NCBI GenBank assembly: GCA_963813535.1
Contig: CAWEZH010000001.1
Coordinates: forward strand, 145,093-209,092
DNA length: 64,000 bases
Source: an uncultured Chloroflexia bacterium
Lineage (GTDB): Bacteria; Chloroflexota; Limnocylindria; Limnocylindrales; CSP1-4
Reading direction: 5' to 3'
Part shown: piece by piece, positions 1 to 11,352 of the stretch
Position numbering within the stretch: the stretch's first letter is position 1
Layout: every line of letters starts with the position of its first letter
Notes under the pieces: model-generated
Databases searched by the model: none
The model's input: the letters and a program-made list of their open reading frames with translations, nothing else
Told to the model about the DNA's origin: nothing
Program-made: the position numbers and the translations under genes

Positions 1-651
1 TTCTGTGGGCAGGAGGCTGACCTCGAACTGGCCGGGGCCGTACTCCTTGGCAAACTGGTGGACCGCCACGTCGGCGGCGTCGAGGTCGCTGAGGACGCGC
101 TCGGCAAGCGGCCATCGGGCATCGAGCTCGTCGACTGTGAACATGCGACTCGCGTCCTGGAGAACGCCGGCCGGATCGGTCCCGGCGACGAGGACGAACT
201 CGGCCTCGAATGCGGCACGGACGGCAACGCCGAGGCCACCCAGACGCTCGACCTGACTCGCCAGGGCGGCCCGCGGATCACCACCCCACGGCGCCCCGGT
301 GTCATCGCTGAGGTGGGCGAACGCCTGCGCCACGCCCGGGCGGTGTGGCACGGCGATGATGGTCCCGGGGTCCGGTATCGCCCGGAAATCGCCCGAGTCC
401 GCCCCGAAGATCGGATGCGGCACCTGCTCGTCGGTGATCGCCAGGTCCCAGTTCGCCATCGCGAACGTGACGCCCTCAGCGGCGACCTCCTCGAACCGAG
501 TTCGTGGGACGGCCTTCGCACGCCCGAGCCCGGCGTAGTCGTGGTAGACGACCCACAACGCGTCGGCGCCGAGTTCCGTCAGCCGGGCGAGCGTGGACGC
601 GGCATCACGCTGCGGGTCGATCGAATGCATGAACCCCGTTGCCGTCTGCAT
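1..651 (-). CDS. Glutamine synthetase-like (gamma-glutamyl-amine ligase family) protein, 3' end outside window
   Basis: Manual translation of the minus strand from ATG 651 (or 630): ...YHDYAGLGRAKAVP...DFRAIPDPGT...DPRAAL...AFEAEFVL...HQFAKEYGPGQFEV, which are GS catalytic-domain motifs. Not in the ORF track because it runs off the edge. Confidence 0.85.
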   Translation of the reverse strand, partial: MQTATGFMHSIDPQRDAASTLARLTELGADALWVVYHDYAGLGRAKAVPRTRFEEVAAEGVTFAMANWDLAITDEQVPHPIFGADSGDFRAIPDPGTIIAVPHRPGVAQAFAHLSDDTGAPWGGDPRAALASQVERLGGLGVAVRAAFEAEFVLVAGTDPAGVLQDASRMFTVDELDARWPLAERVLSDLDAADVAVHQFAKEYGPGQFEVSLLPTE

Positions 652-717
652 TTCGTGGCGGCATAGTAGCGGGCGCTCGGATGGGGGGACGGAAGGGGGT
701 TGGGAGAGGAGGACTCA

Positions 718-2184
718 GTGGCGTCCACCACAGGTGAAGGCGGCCTCGAACGCAACGCGATCGGGCTGACCGAGGTCCTATTCCAGTCGATCACCCACAT
801 GGCGCCGGCGGTCGCCACCGCCCTGTCGATCGGCGCGGCAACGTCGTTCGCCGGCGGCATCACGCCGCTGGCGGTGGTGCTCGCGCTGGTGGCCGCCTTG
901 TTCACGGCGTTCTCGATGGGCGAGCTCGCTCGCCATCTGCCGTCGGCCGGAGGGATGTACACGTACATTGCGCGCGGCCTCGGCTCGTTCGCCGGGTGGC
1001 TCATGGCATGGGCCTTCCTGCTCGCCGAACCCATCGTGCCCGCGGCCCTGTACGCATCGTTCGGGCTGTTCGGTGCCGCGTTCATCACGACCCTGACGGG
1101 ATACAGCAACGACCTGCTGTGGCTGCCGCTGGCCGTCCTGTGCGGACTCGTCGTCTGGTTCCTGGTCTATCGCGGGATCTCGATCTCGACGCGGGTCGGC
1201 GTCGCGCTCGGCTTGATCGAGATCGGCATCTTCCTGCTCGTGTCCGTCCTGCTGGTCATCAATGCAGGCTCGCGCAACACGCTCTCCGTCTTCGTCCCCG
1301 GCGAGGCGGGGCTCCTACCGGCATTGCAGGGCATGGTCTTCTGCCTGCTCGCCTTCGTCGGCTTCGAGGCGGCCGCTCCGCTCGCCGAGGAGACGCGAGA
1401 TCCGAAACGGACGATCCGCCAGGCGGTGATCTGGTCGGCGATCCTGATCGGCCTGTTCTACGTGTTCTGCTACTACGCCGCGACGGTCTTCTTTGGGCCG
1501 GCCGAGATGTCCGGCTTCCTGACCTTCAACGACGGTGACCCATGGGGCGGCATGGCCGAGCAGGTCCTGCCCGGCATCGGGTCACTGCTGGTGACCTTCG
1601 CCATCCTCAACAGCTCGCTGGCCAACGCCAACGCCGGCGCCAACGCCTCGACCCGCGCGATCTTCTCGTTGGGCCGTAGCCGGATCCTGCCCGAGGCGTT
1701 CGCCAAGGTCCATCCGACGTATCGCACGCCCGTCAACGCGGTCCATTTCCAGGGCATCTTTGCGATCGTGCTCGCGGTCGCTCTCGGGCTCCTGTTCGCC
1801 GGGACCGATTTCGGCGGCCCGCTGACGACCTACATCTTCATCGGCTACGCGCTCGGACTGCTCTTCGCCGGCATGTACATCGCAGTGAACATCGCGGCGA
1901 TCGGCTATTACCTCGGGGAGGGCCGTGCCGAGTTCAACGTCTTCAAGCACGTCGTGCTACCGATCATCGGGGTGATCCTGTTGATCCCGGCGTTCCTGGG
2001 CGTACTCGGTGGCCTGACGATCCCCATCCTCGATATCGAGCTGCCGCCGCTTGCGTCGCCGTTCAGCTTGGTCCCGCCACTCGTCGGGGTGTGGATGCTG
2101 GCCGGCATCGTCTTGTACTTCGTGCTTCGGTCACGGAGTGCCGAGACGATCGATCGCGTCGGCGACGTGATGCAGGAGTCCTAG
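718..2184 (+). CDS. APC family amino acid/amine permease
   Basis: About 12 TM segments, PSAGGMYTY and FVGFEAAAPLAEET motifs; GGAGGA SD before GTG 718. Confidence 0.9.
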   Translation: MASTTGEGGLERNAIGLTEVLFQSITHMAPAVATALSIGAATSFAGGITPLAVVLALVAALFTAFSMGELARHLPSAGGMYTYIARGLGSFAGWLMAWAFLLAEPIVPAALYASFGLFGAAFITTLTGYSNDLLWLPLAVLCGLVVWFLVYRGISISTRVGVALGLIEIGIFLLVSVLLVINAGSRNTLSVFVPGEAGLLPALQGMVFCLLAFVGFEAAAPLAEETRDPKRTIRQAVIWSAILIGLFYVFCYYAATVFFGPAEMSGFLTFNDGDPWGGMAEQVLPGIGSLLVTFAILNSSLANANAGANASTRAIFSLGRSRILPEAFAKVHPTYRTPVNAVHFQGIFAIVLAVALGLLFAGTDFGGPLTTYIFIGYALGLLFAGMYIAVNIAAIGYYLGEGRAEFNVFKHVVLPIIGVILLIPAFLGVLGGLTIPILDIELPPLASPFSLVPPLVGVWMLAGIVLYFVLRSRSAETIDRVGDVMQES

Positions 2185-2196
2185 CGCCCCACGTGA

Positions 2197-2223
2197 CGGC
2201 GGCCACCCATTCGGTGGCCGCCG
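2197..2223. terminator. Hairpin between convergent genes (probable bidirectional terminator)
   Basis: CGGCGGCCACC-CATTC-GGTGGCCGCCG perfect 11-bp stem; no U-tract. Confidence 0.55.
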
Positions 2224-2227
2224 CGCC

Positions 2228-3157
2228 CTATTCGAAGATCGCCAGCGGGCAATGGGCGGTGACGACCACGTTCGGCATGTCCACGATCTCGCTGATCCGC
2301 AGGTCGATCGCGACGCTCGTCAACAGGTAGGCGTCGATGGCGGCGAGGCCGTGCTCACGGCCGAGCCAGTCGATCATCCGGCGCACGGCGTCACGCGCCG
2401 CCTCGTTGAGGTCCGGGCCGACGCCGTCCGTCGCGTAGCGGCGCCCGACGGGCGTCGTGACATCCGGGGTGATGAACTCCGGGCCGCTGAGGTGTAGGTC
2501 CTTACGAACGGTCAGGCGGACCATGGCACGCATCGGCGTCTCGATGGCCGTCCCGCACACCTCACCGTCGCCCTGCGCGGCGTGGCCGTCGCCCATCGAC
2601 AGCCGGGCGCCCTCGTGGAAGACGGGCAGGAACAGCGTCGCACCGGCCGTGAGGTGGCGCGTATCCATGTTGCCGCCGTGGAGGTCGGGTGGGATGGTCG
2701 AGCGCGGTCCGGTCTCGGGGGCCACGCCGACCTCGCCACAGAACGGGACGATCGGCACGTGGACGCCGGGGAGGAACTCGGCGCGCTCGCCGGCGCGCGG
2801 GATCCTGGTGATGCGCAGGTACGGGTCGGCGAACTGGTCGGCAAGAAGACCGAAACCCGGGATGCTCGCCGTCCAGCCCCAGTCGGCTGGCTCGAACTCG
2901 AGCAGATCGATCTGGAGCGTGTCGCCGGGTTCGGCGCCGACGACCGCGATCGGGCCGTTGACCTGGTCGACCCGATCGAAGTCGAGTCGGCCGAGATCCT
3001 CGATCGTCGAGTCGGCCGTCAGCTGGCCACCGGATGCGTCGAGCAGGTCGAACTCGACGACGGCGCCACTGTCGACGGTCTCGATGGCCGGGATCGCCGG
3101 GTCCCAGGCGAGATGGAAACGGTCGCGGGAGATGTGGACCGCCGGGGTCGTGGCCAT
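2228..3157 (-). CDS. Acetamidase/formamidase family protein
   Basis: GPIAVVGAEPGD, HGGNMD and GDGHAAQGDGEVCGTAIE motifs; GGAGG SD before ATG 3157. Confidence 0.9.
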   Translation of the reverse strand: MATTPAVHISRDRFHLAWDPAIPAIETVDSGAVVEFDLLDASGGQLTADSTIEDLGRLDFDRVDQVNGPIAVVGAEPGDTLQIDLLEFEPADWGWTASIPGFGLLADQFADPYLRITRIPRAGERAEFLPGVHVPIVPFCGEVGVAPETGPRSTIPPDLHGGNMDTRHLTAGATLFLPVFHEGARLSMGDGHAAQGDGEVCGTAIETPMRAMVRLTVRKDLHLSGPEFITPDVTTPVGRRYATDGVGPDLNEAARDAVRRMIDWLGREHGLAAIDAYLLTSVAIDLRISEIVDMPNVVVTAHCPLAIFE

Positions 3158-3203
3158 GGGATCGTCCTCCTCGACCCGATCGTAGCGCGTCTCCGGGTGC
3201 TGC

Positions 3204-4022
3204 TTAGCCTCCGGCGCCCAGCGCCGCAACCTGTGCGGAGGCGCCCTCGAGGATCGGCTCGCCGTGGCCGACCAGCAGCGTCTCGAAGGTCAGCTTGCCC
3301 AGCTTCACGATCGACTCCCTGGCCTGCGCCTCGTCCTCGGTGAACTGCGGACTCGGGCCGGAAAGCGCGCCACTCGCTGTCCCGAGCGCGTCACCGGCGA
3401 CGAGGATCCCGCCGACCTCGTCGAGGACCGCGATGTGTCCGGGGGTGTGCCCGGGCGTCGCCACCATGCGCAGGCCGAACACCATCTCCCCGTCGGCCAC
3501 CGCGGTGATCGGTCGAGGTGCCGAGATGGCCGGGATATCGGCCTCGCCTGCGTATGCCGTCGCCTCGGGGGCTGCAGTCAGCACCGCGTCGACGCTGCCG
3601 GCGTGATCGCCGTGTCGATGGGTGAGGATCACGTGCCCGACCGCCGGCCAATCGAGGCCGGCTGCGCTCAGCGCGTCGTGGATCGTGCCCTCGCTGCCGG
3701 CGACGCCCGTATCGACGATGGCTGCCTCACCGGCCCGCACGAGCACATACGCCGACACGAACCCGAGGTTCGCTCGCTGCCAAGTCACGCCGCCGGACGC
3801 CGACGTGGGCGGCGGGCTCGACGATCCGTCGGAACTTCCGGCCGCTGTCGCGTCTGGGCTCGCAGACGACCCGCCCGAGGTGGACGGCTCGGCGGGTTGC
3901 GACGGGACGGCCGAGCTCAGCGCGGGCCCACAGCCGGCCACGCCGAGTACGGCGATGGCGATCGTGCCGCGACCGGCGTGGACGAGGAATGTGCGGCGGG
4001 TGAGGTCGACGGTCGGATACAT
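3204..4022 (-). CDS. Tat-exported MBL-fold metallo-hydrolase (probable lipoprotein)
   Basis: TRRTFL twin-arginine signal with VAGC; [17 protein letters not shown] and GHG metal motifs. Confidence 0.85.
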   Translation of the reverse strand: MYPTVDLTRRTFLVHAGRGTIAIAVLGVAGCGPALSSAVPSQPAEPSTSGGSSASPDATAAGSSDGSSSPPPTSASGGVTWQRANLGFVSAYVLVRAGEAAIVDTGVAGSEGTIHDALSAAGLDWPAVGHVILTHRHGDHAGSVDAVLTAAPEATAYAGEADIPAISAPRPITAVADGEMVFGLRMVATPGHTPGHIAVLDEVGGILVAGDALGTASGALSGPSPQFTEDEAQARESIVKLGKLTFETLLVGHGEPILEGASAQVAALGAGG

Positions 4023-4203
4023 CGCAACCGATGGTACGTCGTCATCCGCGGGACGGTTCCGAGTGGTTCGAAGATGGGCCGGTGGCCAGGATCGAGTTTC
4101 CGTGTCGCGGTAGCCATGCCGGTCGGGCGGCGACGCGCCCGTCAAATGGCACCCGAACCTTGCACCCCGCCTCCACGCCTCGTACGATGCGACGACCCTG
4201 CGC

Positions 4204-4284
4204 TGCCACGTACGGGGTCCGTCCACGTCCCGCCTCGAGCGGGACATCGCTTCGGCGACTGGGATGCATGGACCCGCGATGGCA
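4204..4284 (+). ncRNA. Candidate structured 5' UTR of the sugar ABC ATPase
   Basis: Outer stem TGCCA/TGGCA, CGGGGTCC/GGACCCG, inner hairpins GTCCCGC/GCGGGAC and TCGC-TTCG-GCGA; TACGAT -10 upstream and SD downstream. Confidence 0.45.
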
Positions 4285-4306
4285 CCAGGTTCGGAGGGCT
4301 TCGGCC

Positions 4307-5403
<1,097 letters not shown>

Positions 5404-5407
<4 letters not shown>

Positions 5408-6024
5408 CCGACGATCGACCCACGAGCGACAGCACGGCCCCGGAGGATCCCTCCGGGGCCGATCTTCGTGAGCGCGTGGTCGATCGACGCATCCTTCATC
5501 GCGGGTCGTTCATCGAATTCCGCGTCGATACGATCGAGCGCGCCGATGGATCGCGCGCGACCCGGGATTTCGCCGGTCATCCGGGTGCCGTCGCGATCGT
5601 CGCGCTCGACGGCGATGGCCGCGTGGCGCTCGTCCGGCAGTGGCGGCTTGCCGCCGACGACGCGCTGCTCGAGATCCCGGCCGGCGGGCTGGACATCGCC
5701 GACGACGGCACGAAGGAGGAGCCCGACCTGGCGGCCGCGCGGGAGCTTGAGGAGGAGACCGGTCTGCGGGCCGGGTCGTGGCGGAAGCTGGGTCAGTTCT
5801 ACTCGGCGCCGGGCTTCACCGACGAGCTGATGAACCTGTATCTCGCCACACAGCTCACCCCGGCCGGCGACGACGGGCGCCTCGGTCCGGACGAGGATGA
5901 GCGGTTGATCCTGGAATGGCGACCGTGGCAGGCAGCGGTCGCCGCGGCCGAAGCGGGCGAGATCCGCGATGCCAAGTCGATCGTCGGGCTGTTCTGGCTC
6001 GCGCGTGTGATGGACGAGGGGTAG
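5404..6024 (+). CDS. NUDIX hydrolase (ADP-ribose pyrophosphatase-like)
   Basis: EIPAG...[11 protein letters not shown] Nudix box, [15 protein letters not shown]. Start is either CTG 5404 (CTGA overlap) or GTG 5476. Confidence 0.9.
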
Positions 6025-6104
6025 CCCAGGCACGATCGCGCGCGATGACCTCCTGCTATCGTCCCTCAGCGAAGGGGCCGGTGAGCGCGTGGGAGGACGG
6101 TCGA

Positions 6105-7673
6105 GTGCGCCGACGATCCAGACCCACCGCTCTGCTCGGGGCGATCATCGTCGCGGCCAGCTGCGCACAAGCGAGCCCGAGCGCGAGCCCGAACGTCGAG
6201 GCATCGCCGACCGCCGACACATCCCCATCGGCGTCACGTGTCGCCACACCTTCGGCTCCGGCAGCCTTCTGGGTCGACGCCACGGAGGCCACGATCGGCA
6301 CGCTTGCCGAATGGTCGAACAAGGTCGAGGTCGCCGACATCGATGCGGACGGGGATGTCGACATCCTCATCGCCAACGGTGGGGACTACGAGACTCCTGG
6401 GACGCCGGTACCGTCACGCGTCCTTGTGAACGACGGCAACGGCCGATTCGAGGACCGGTCGACCGATGTCCTCGGTCCCGAACCCGGCTTGGTTCGGGTC
6501 ATCAAGGTGCGCGATCTCGACGGTGATGGCCTGGTGGACATCGTGCTCGGCGCGACATATCAGACCCAGACGCGTCTCCTACTCGGCCGCGGCCGGCTCG
6601 AGTTCGAGGATGTGACGGCTACCCACCTGCCCGACGCGGTCGCCAGCGTCGGTGACCTCGAGATCGGTGATCTCGACGCCGATGGCGACCTCGACATCGT
6701 CCTGGCCGACTGGGGCAAGGGCAACCCGATGCAGGGTGCGAAAGCACCGCCGATCGTCTGGCTGGCAGGGAAGAGCGGACGTTTCGCGCAGGCGCCGGCC
6801 GATGCCGTTCCCGGCCGAGCGTTGGGGTTCTCGTGGGACATCGAGCTCCTCGATGTCGACAACGACCTCGACCTGGACATCCTCGAGTCCTGCAAGGTCT
6901 GCGACGGTGGTCTGCTGCTCCACAACGACGGTCGCGGGCGATTCAGCGATGGTTCGGCGAACCTGCCGCAAGCCCCGAACAACTACGACTTCGAGTCGAT
7001 GGACCTCGATGGCGACGGCTTCCTCGATGTGGTCACGATCAACGACGGTCCCGATTTCAAGGAACGCTTCCTCCGTGGCGACGGGCAGGGCGGGTTCGTC
7101 GATGCGACAGCCGATCTGTGGCCGGCCGACTCGAACATCACCGGCGACGACAACGTCATCGTGTATCTCGATGCCGAGTCCGATGGTGACGCCGACTTCG
7201 TCATCGGGGCGCTCGACGTGCCGGACCGTCTGATCCTGAACGATGGGACCGGGCACCTGACACTCGTCCGCGGGATGTTCGAGGGGCCGGCCACCAGCGG
7301 CACGCTGGGCATGGCGATGGCCGACCTCGACGGCGACGATCGCATCGACGTCGTCCAGGCGCAGGGCGAGGCGGCGTTCCCGGAGACGGTCCACCTCGGC
7401 GCCGCCATCCCGCCCGACACCGCCCCGCCGACGTTCCCACTCTTGCGACGGGTCGGCGATGTGCTCGTCGCCCGCGTCACCGACCACACGAGCCCACCAA
7501 CGGTCGATCTCGTCGAGGTCGTCGCCGAGGGTGCGTCGGGGACGGTGCCGATGCGCTGGTACGGAGAGTCGCTCTGGCGAGCGGACGTGGGCGACCAGGG
7601 TGGCATCACCGTGTGCGCGACCGATCGAGCCGGCAACCGAGCGTGTTCCGAGGAGATCGTGTCAGGCGGCTGA
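6105..7673 (+). CDS. FG-GAP/VCBS repeat (beta-propeller) lipoprotein
   Basis: About seven DxDxDGDxD Ca-binding repeats; signal peptide ending VAASC; GGGAGG SD. Confidence 0.85.
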   Translation: MRRRSRPTALLGAIIVAASCAQASPSASPNVEASPTADTSPSASRVATPSAPAAFWVDATEATIGTLAEWSNKVEVADIDADGDVDILIANGGDYETPGTPVPSRVLVNDGNGRFEDRSTDVLGPEPGLVRVIKVRDLDGDGLVDIVLGATYQTQTRLLLGRGRLEFEDVTATHLPDAVASVGDLEIGDLDADGDLDIVLADWGKGNPMQGAKAPPIVWLAGKSGRFAQAPADAVPGRALGFSWDIELLDVDNDLDLDILESCKVCDGGLLLHNDGRGRFSDGSANLPQAPNNYDFESMDLDGDGFLDVVTINDGPDFKERFLRGDGQGGFVDATADLWPADSNITGDDNVIVYLDAESDGDADFVIGALDVPDRLILNDGTGHLTLVRGMFEGPATSGTLGMAMADLDGDDRIDVVQAQGEAAFPETVHLGAAIPPDTAPPTFPLLRRVGDVLVARVTDHTSPPTVDLVEVVAEGASGTVPMRWYGESLWRADVGDQGGITVCATDRAGNRACSEEIVSGG

Positions 7674-7682
7674 ATTTGGTCG

Positions 7683-8075
7683 TCAGCCGGTCGGGCCGAG
7701 GCGCTCGAGCGCGTCCCGATAGAGGCTCGAATCCGGGCTCAGCGCCACCGCGATCCGAAGGTGCGTACCGGCCTCGTCCCGCCGCCCGAGCCGCTTCAGG
7801 CTCTGGCCAAGGGCGAAGTGCGCGTACGGCGCGGACGGGTCCAAGTCGAGGATCCGCTCGAACGTCGCCCTCGCGGGCTCGTGCTGGCCGGAGTTGTAGT
7901 ACGCCCGTCCGAGCGCCTCGAGGATCGACGCCTTACCCGGCTCCAGTCGGTCGGCGCGCTCGAGCACGATGGCCGCTTGCGCATGGTGCCGGGAGGCGAG
8001 CAGCGCATGACCGCGCTGGAGCAGGTCGTATGCCGATTCGTGATCGGCAGCCTCATCGGGCAGGCGGTCGTCCAC
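7683..8075 (-). CDS. Tetratricopeptide repeat protein
   Basis: Three TPR-like helical repeats (ALGRAYY, AHFALGQSL). Confidence 0.85.
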   Translation of the reverse strand: MDDRLPDEAADHESAYDLLQRGHALLASRHHAQAAIVLERADRLEPGKASILEALGRAYYNSGQHEPARATFERILDLDPSAPYAHFALGQSLKRLGRRDEAGTHLRIAVALSPDSSLYRDALERLGPTG

Positions 8076-8164
8076 GCCGTCATCCTCGCACGAAGGCGCT
8101 GCGAGGGTCGTCGGTCGGCTCGATCGGACGTTTCGGTCGGGCGACAGACGCCCCGCCCCGACAG

Positions 8165-9214
8165 TCAGCTCGGTACGGCGTCCGCGAGGGCCTGGCGGTA
8201 CTGGGCCAGGTCGACCGGCTGGAGCCTCGGCGAATGGGTGATGCCGGGGATCCGGCCACGCTTGGCGATCGGCCGGCCGTCGATCTCCTTGATGTCACCG
8301 GTGAAGTCGATCGGCGACGCGCCGCTGATATGCGATCCCACCGCGTACGAGTCGACCGGCGAGCCGGCCTCCTTGAAGTAGCGCACCCGGTCGGGGCTCA
8401 GGCCGCCCGACACGACGATCCTGACGTGCTGATACCCCTCCTGGTCGAGGCGCGCGCGGATCTCCGTGACGAGATCGGCCGTGACCCGGCCTCGCTCGGA
8501 CGGCGTGTCCAGCCGGATGCCATAGAGCCGATCGCCCAGCGCGTGCGCGACACGGAGCGCCTCTTCGGCCTCGTCCTTGAACGTGTCGACCAGCACGATC
8601 CGTGACACCTCCGGCCCGAGGTGGCGATCGAACGCCAAGGCGGCCTCGACCGTGTCACCGAAGATCAGGACGAGCGAATGGGGCATGGTCCCGGTCGGAG
8701 CGAGGCCCGCCAGCCGTGCACCCGCCGGCGTCGAGGCACCCACGCAGCCACCGACGATCGCCGCGTAATCGAGCACGTCGGTGATGTCAGGGTGGACGTG
8801 GCGGGCGCCGAAGCTGATGACCGGTTCGGGAGCCGCGACATCGACGATCTCGCGGGCCGCCGTCGCCCAGCCGGTCGATTGGGCGAGCATGCCCAGCAGC
8901 GCCGTCTCGTACAGGCCGAACCGACGGTAGCGCGCACGGATCCGGAGCACGACCTCGCGCGGTGCGATGCGGTCGCCGTCCGACAGCGCCTCGACCTGCG
9001 TCTCGTCCGGGTCGCACTCGGCGAGGACGTGGCCGAGCAGGTTCTTCGCCTCGTCGATCCCGCACAGGACGGCCTCACGGCGCGTGAAGACCTCCATCGT
9101 CACGAGTGGGTCGAGGCCCTCGGCCTCGAGGATGCTTTCGGCCCTCGCGAAGTAGACGTCGGCGGAATCGCCGGACAGGATCTCGGTCGACGGCCGTGGC
9201 CGCTGGATACCCAT
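8165..9214 (-). CDS. pncB: Nicotinate phosphoribosyltransferase (short, archaeal-like type)
   Basis: DVYF, SFGARHVHP, GTMPHSL, LVDTF, IRLDTP and VSGGL motifs. Confidence 0.85.
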   Translation of the reverse strand: MGIQRPRPSTEILSGDSADVYFARAESILEAEGLDPLVTMEVFTRREAVLCGIDEAKNLLGHVLAECDPDETQVEALSDGDRIAPREVVLRIRARYRRFGLYETALLGMLAQSTGWATAAREIVDVAAPEPVISFGARHVHPDITDVLDYAAIVGGCVGASTPAGARLAGLAPTGTMPHSLVLIFGDTVEAALAFDRHLGPEVSRIVLVDTFKDEAEEALRVAHALGDRLYGIRLDTPSERGRVTADLVTEIRARLDQEGYQHVRIVVSGGLSPDRVRYFKEAGSPVDSYAVGSHISGASPIDFTGDIKEIDGRPIAKRGRIPGITHSPRLQPVDLAQYRQALADAVPS

Positions 9215-9315
9215 TCAGTCCAGCTCTGCTCCTGGTGGGGTCTCGATGCGTGTCGACGGCACCTCGGGTCGCGCGCCCGACGGCTCCGATGTGGCCGGGA
9301 GTGTAGTCGATGCGG

Positions 9316-11352
9316 TCACTCGGACACCTGATCCCGAAGAGGTCTCGCCTGCATCCTGACGCGCCTCCGTCGCCGTCGCTGCAGGGTGACCATGAGGAGC
9401 GCAAGGATGAACAGCACCGCGACGACGATCGTGGCGATGCTGAATGCGCGCGCCTGACCGACCGGCTCGGCGTTCGACCACGTTGCGGCGGCCTCGTCGG
9501 ATGCCTGTGCAGATGCAGCGAGGTCACCTCGGATGAACGCGTCTCGCGCGGCCACGAGGTCGGCCTCCGGCGTTTCGCCCATCAGGCCCAGCGTCATCAA
9601 GGGCGTCGACTCGACCGGGCGGCGCGCGGTCGCAGCCACGTATTGCTCGATCACCTGGAGCTCGGCGCCGGCCTCGGCGATGGCGTCATCGAACCCATCG
9701 TCGTCCTCGAATGACTGACGCAACGCAGCTGGCGCGATCAGGCCGGCATCGGCCGCCGCGGTCACGACGCGGCCACGCAGCTCGAGCACCGATTCCGCGC
9801 CGTCCATGAGCGTCTTGGCCTCGTCGAAGCGCCAGGCCCGCATGGCGTCGCGGATCGACAGGGGCGCGTGCCAGTCGCGGACCTTGGTCACGAACCTGTC
9901 GTACCGAGCGCGGGCAGCCAGCCGCGCGTCGAGCAGCGGGATGTCCTCCGGCCGGGCCACCCATGCTCGCCATAGGTCGTCGTACGTCTTGTCGGTGCGG
10001 GCCTCGAGCAGGTCCAGCAGGCCGCGCCAGTCGACCGGTCCGCCGACGATCTCCTCGCCGCCGCCGGATGGCTGGTACGCGCTGATCCGATCGGCGGCAT
10101 CACCCCAGACCTCGCGGAGCCCGCGCTCGCCGGCGCGTTTCCCGATCTCCCGGGCCAGCACCAGGACGGCGGCGTACGCGTAATCCTCCTGGGGCACCTC
10201 GACCGTCCCGACCGCCCCCCAGGCGTTGAGCGGGATGCGCGACTTCTTGAGCTCGTCGGTGAGGCGATCCGAGGTGACCTTGAGCTTGCCGTCGGCGGCG
10301 GCGAGTTCGGCATAGTAGGAGGCGAAGGCCTCGTTCGACCAGCGATCCGCGAGCAACGCGCCGTTGAACCACGCATGGGCGGCTTCGTGCAGTACGACGA
10401 AGTCGTCGGCGTAGTAGGCGATAGCGACCTCGGCGGCCGACGGGTCGAAGATCCCGGCATAGCCGCCGGTCGAGCGGCTGACGGCCTCGGTTACCACGAG
10501 TGGCTGGTCGTAGTCCGGCCATGGCAGGCCGATGCGCGCCCCGAGCGCGGGCAGCGAGAGACCGAGCAATCGGCGGATCCGCTGGGCCCACGCGGAGTCG
10601 TCGGCCCAGGCGCGGACGGTGACCTTGATGTCGCGCCCGAGGACATTGGCGGCCACGGTGGAATCGCGGTACGCACCGGGCCGATCCGCGACGAGGTAGG
10701 CGAAGAAGTCGAGCGGCTTCGACAGTGCGCCCGTCCGGAAGATCGTCCGCCCGTCGCCGGCCGTCGTCGGCGACGGGATGCGTCCGGCCTCGACCGCGAC
10801 CTGGTAGCCCTGCGGGAAGACCACCGTGACCGAGCTGCCCGAGGTCTCGTCGCTTCCGAAGGCCCAGACGGGGAACGACACCAGCGTGTCGCCGATGCGC
10901 AGGTCGCGCGTCGGTGTACCACCCGGATCCTTGAGATCGAACGCCAGCTGGTAGCGCGCCGACTTGCCACTGCCCAGGTCCTGGGCAAGGTTCAGTCGCA
11001 GCAGCGTGAACGACGCGGTCCGCCGTGTGACCCCGACGCTCGGCAGACCGTTGCCTTCCCAACTGAGCCGGTAGCCGCTCGAGCCCGGCAGGACCGCAAG
11101 GAACGCATGGTCGAAGAAGTAGCGCTTCGTGGTGGTGTCGCGGAGGCGATTGGTGAGGGTCAGGTCGAGCGTCACGCGGACCCTCGACTTCGACGGCTGG
11201 ACGTCGTACCGCGCGGCGGCCACGATGGTGAGGTCCGGCGTCGCCGCTCGGACGGTGGCCGGCCCCGGGCCCGGCGTGCCGATGCCGAACGCCCCGCTCG
11301 CCAGTGCGATGACGAGCGCGAGCCCGATGCGCGCCGCGGGCGACGATCTCAC
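9316..11352 (-). CDS. Secreted, C-terminally anchored gluzincin/M1-like metallopeptidase-domain protein
   Basis: Signal peptide, GGYAG, HEAAH...NEAFASY zinc motif, C-terminal TM plus poly-Arg; GTGA overlap with the upstream gene's stop. Confidence 0.7.
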   Translation of the reverse strand: MRSSPAARIGLALVIALASGAFGIGTPGPGPATVRAATPDLTIVAAARYDVQPSKSRVRVTLDLTLTNRLRDTTTKRYFFDHAFLAVLPGSSGYRLSWEGNGLPSVGVTRRTASFTLLRLNLAQDLGSGKSARYQLAFDLKDPGGTPTRDLRIGDTLVSFPVWAFGSDETSGSSVTVVFPQGYQVAVEAGRIPSPTTAGDGRTIFRTGALSKPLDFFAYLVADRPGAYRDSTVAANVLGRDIKVTVRAWADDSAWAQRIRRLLGLSLPALGARIGLPWPDYDQPLVVTEAVSRSTGGYAGIFDPSAAEVAIAYYADDFVVLHEAAHAWFNGALLADRWSNEAFASYYAELAAADGKLKVTSDRLTDELKKSRIPLNAWGAVGTVEVPQEDYAYAAVLVLAREIGKRAGERGLREVWGDAADRISAYQPSGGGEEIVGGPVDWRGLLDLLEARTDKTYDDLWRAWVARPEDIPLLDARLAARARYDRFVTKVRDWHAPLSIRDAMRAWRFDEAKTLMDGAESVLELRGRVVTAAADAGLIAPAALRQSFEDDDGFDDAIAEAGAELQVIEQYVAATARRPVESTPLMTLGLMGETPEADLVAARDAFIRGDLAASAQASDEAAATWSNAEPVGQARAFSIATIVVAVLFILALLMVTLQRRRRRRVRMQARPLRDQVSE

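Noticed and set aside
5434-5461. Hairpin CGGCCCCGGAGG-ATC-CCTCCGGGGCCG as a terminator
   Set aside because: Probably lies inside the 5' coding region of the NUDIX gene (CTG start) and has no U-tract; role unresolved.
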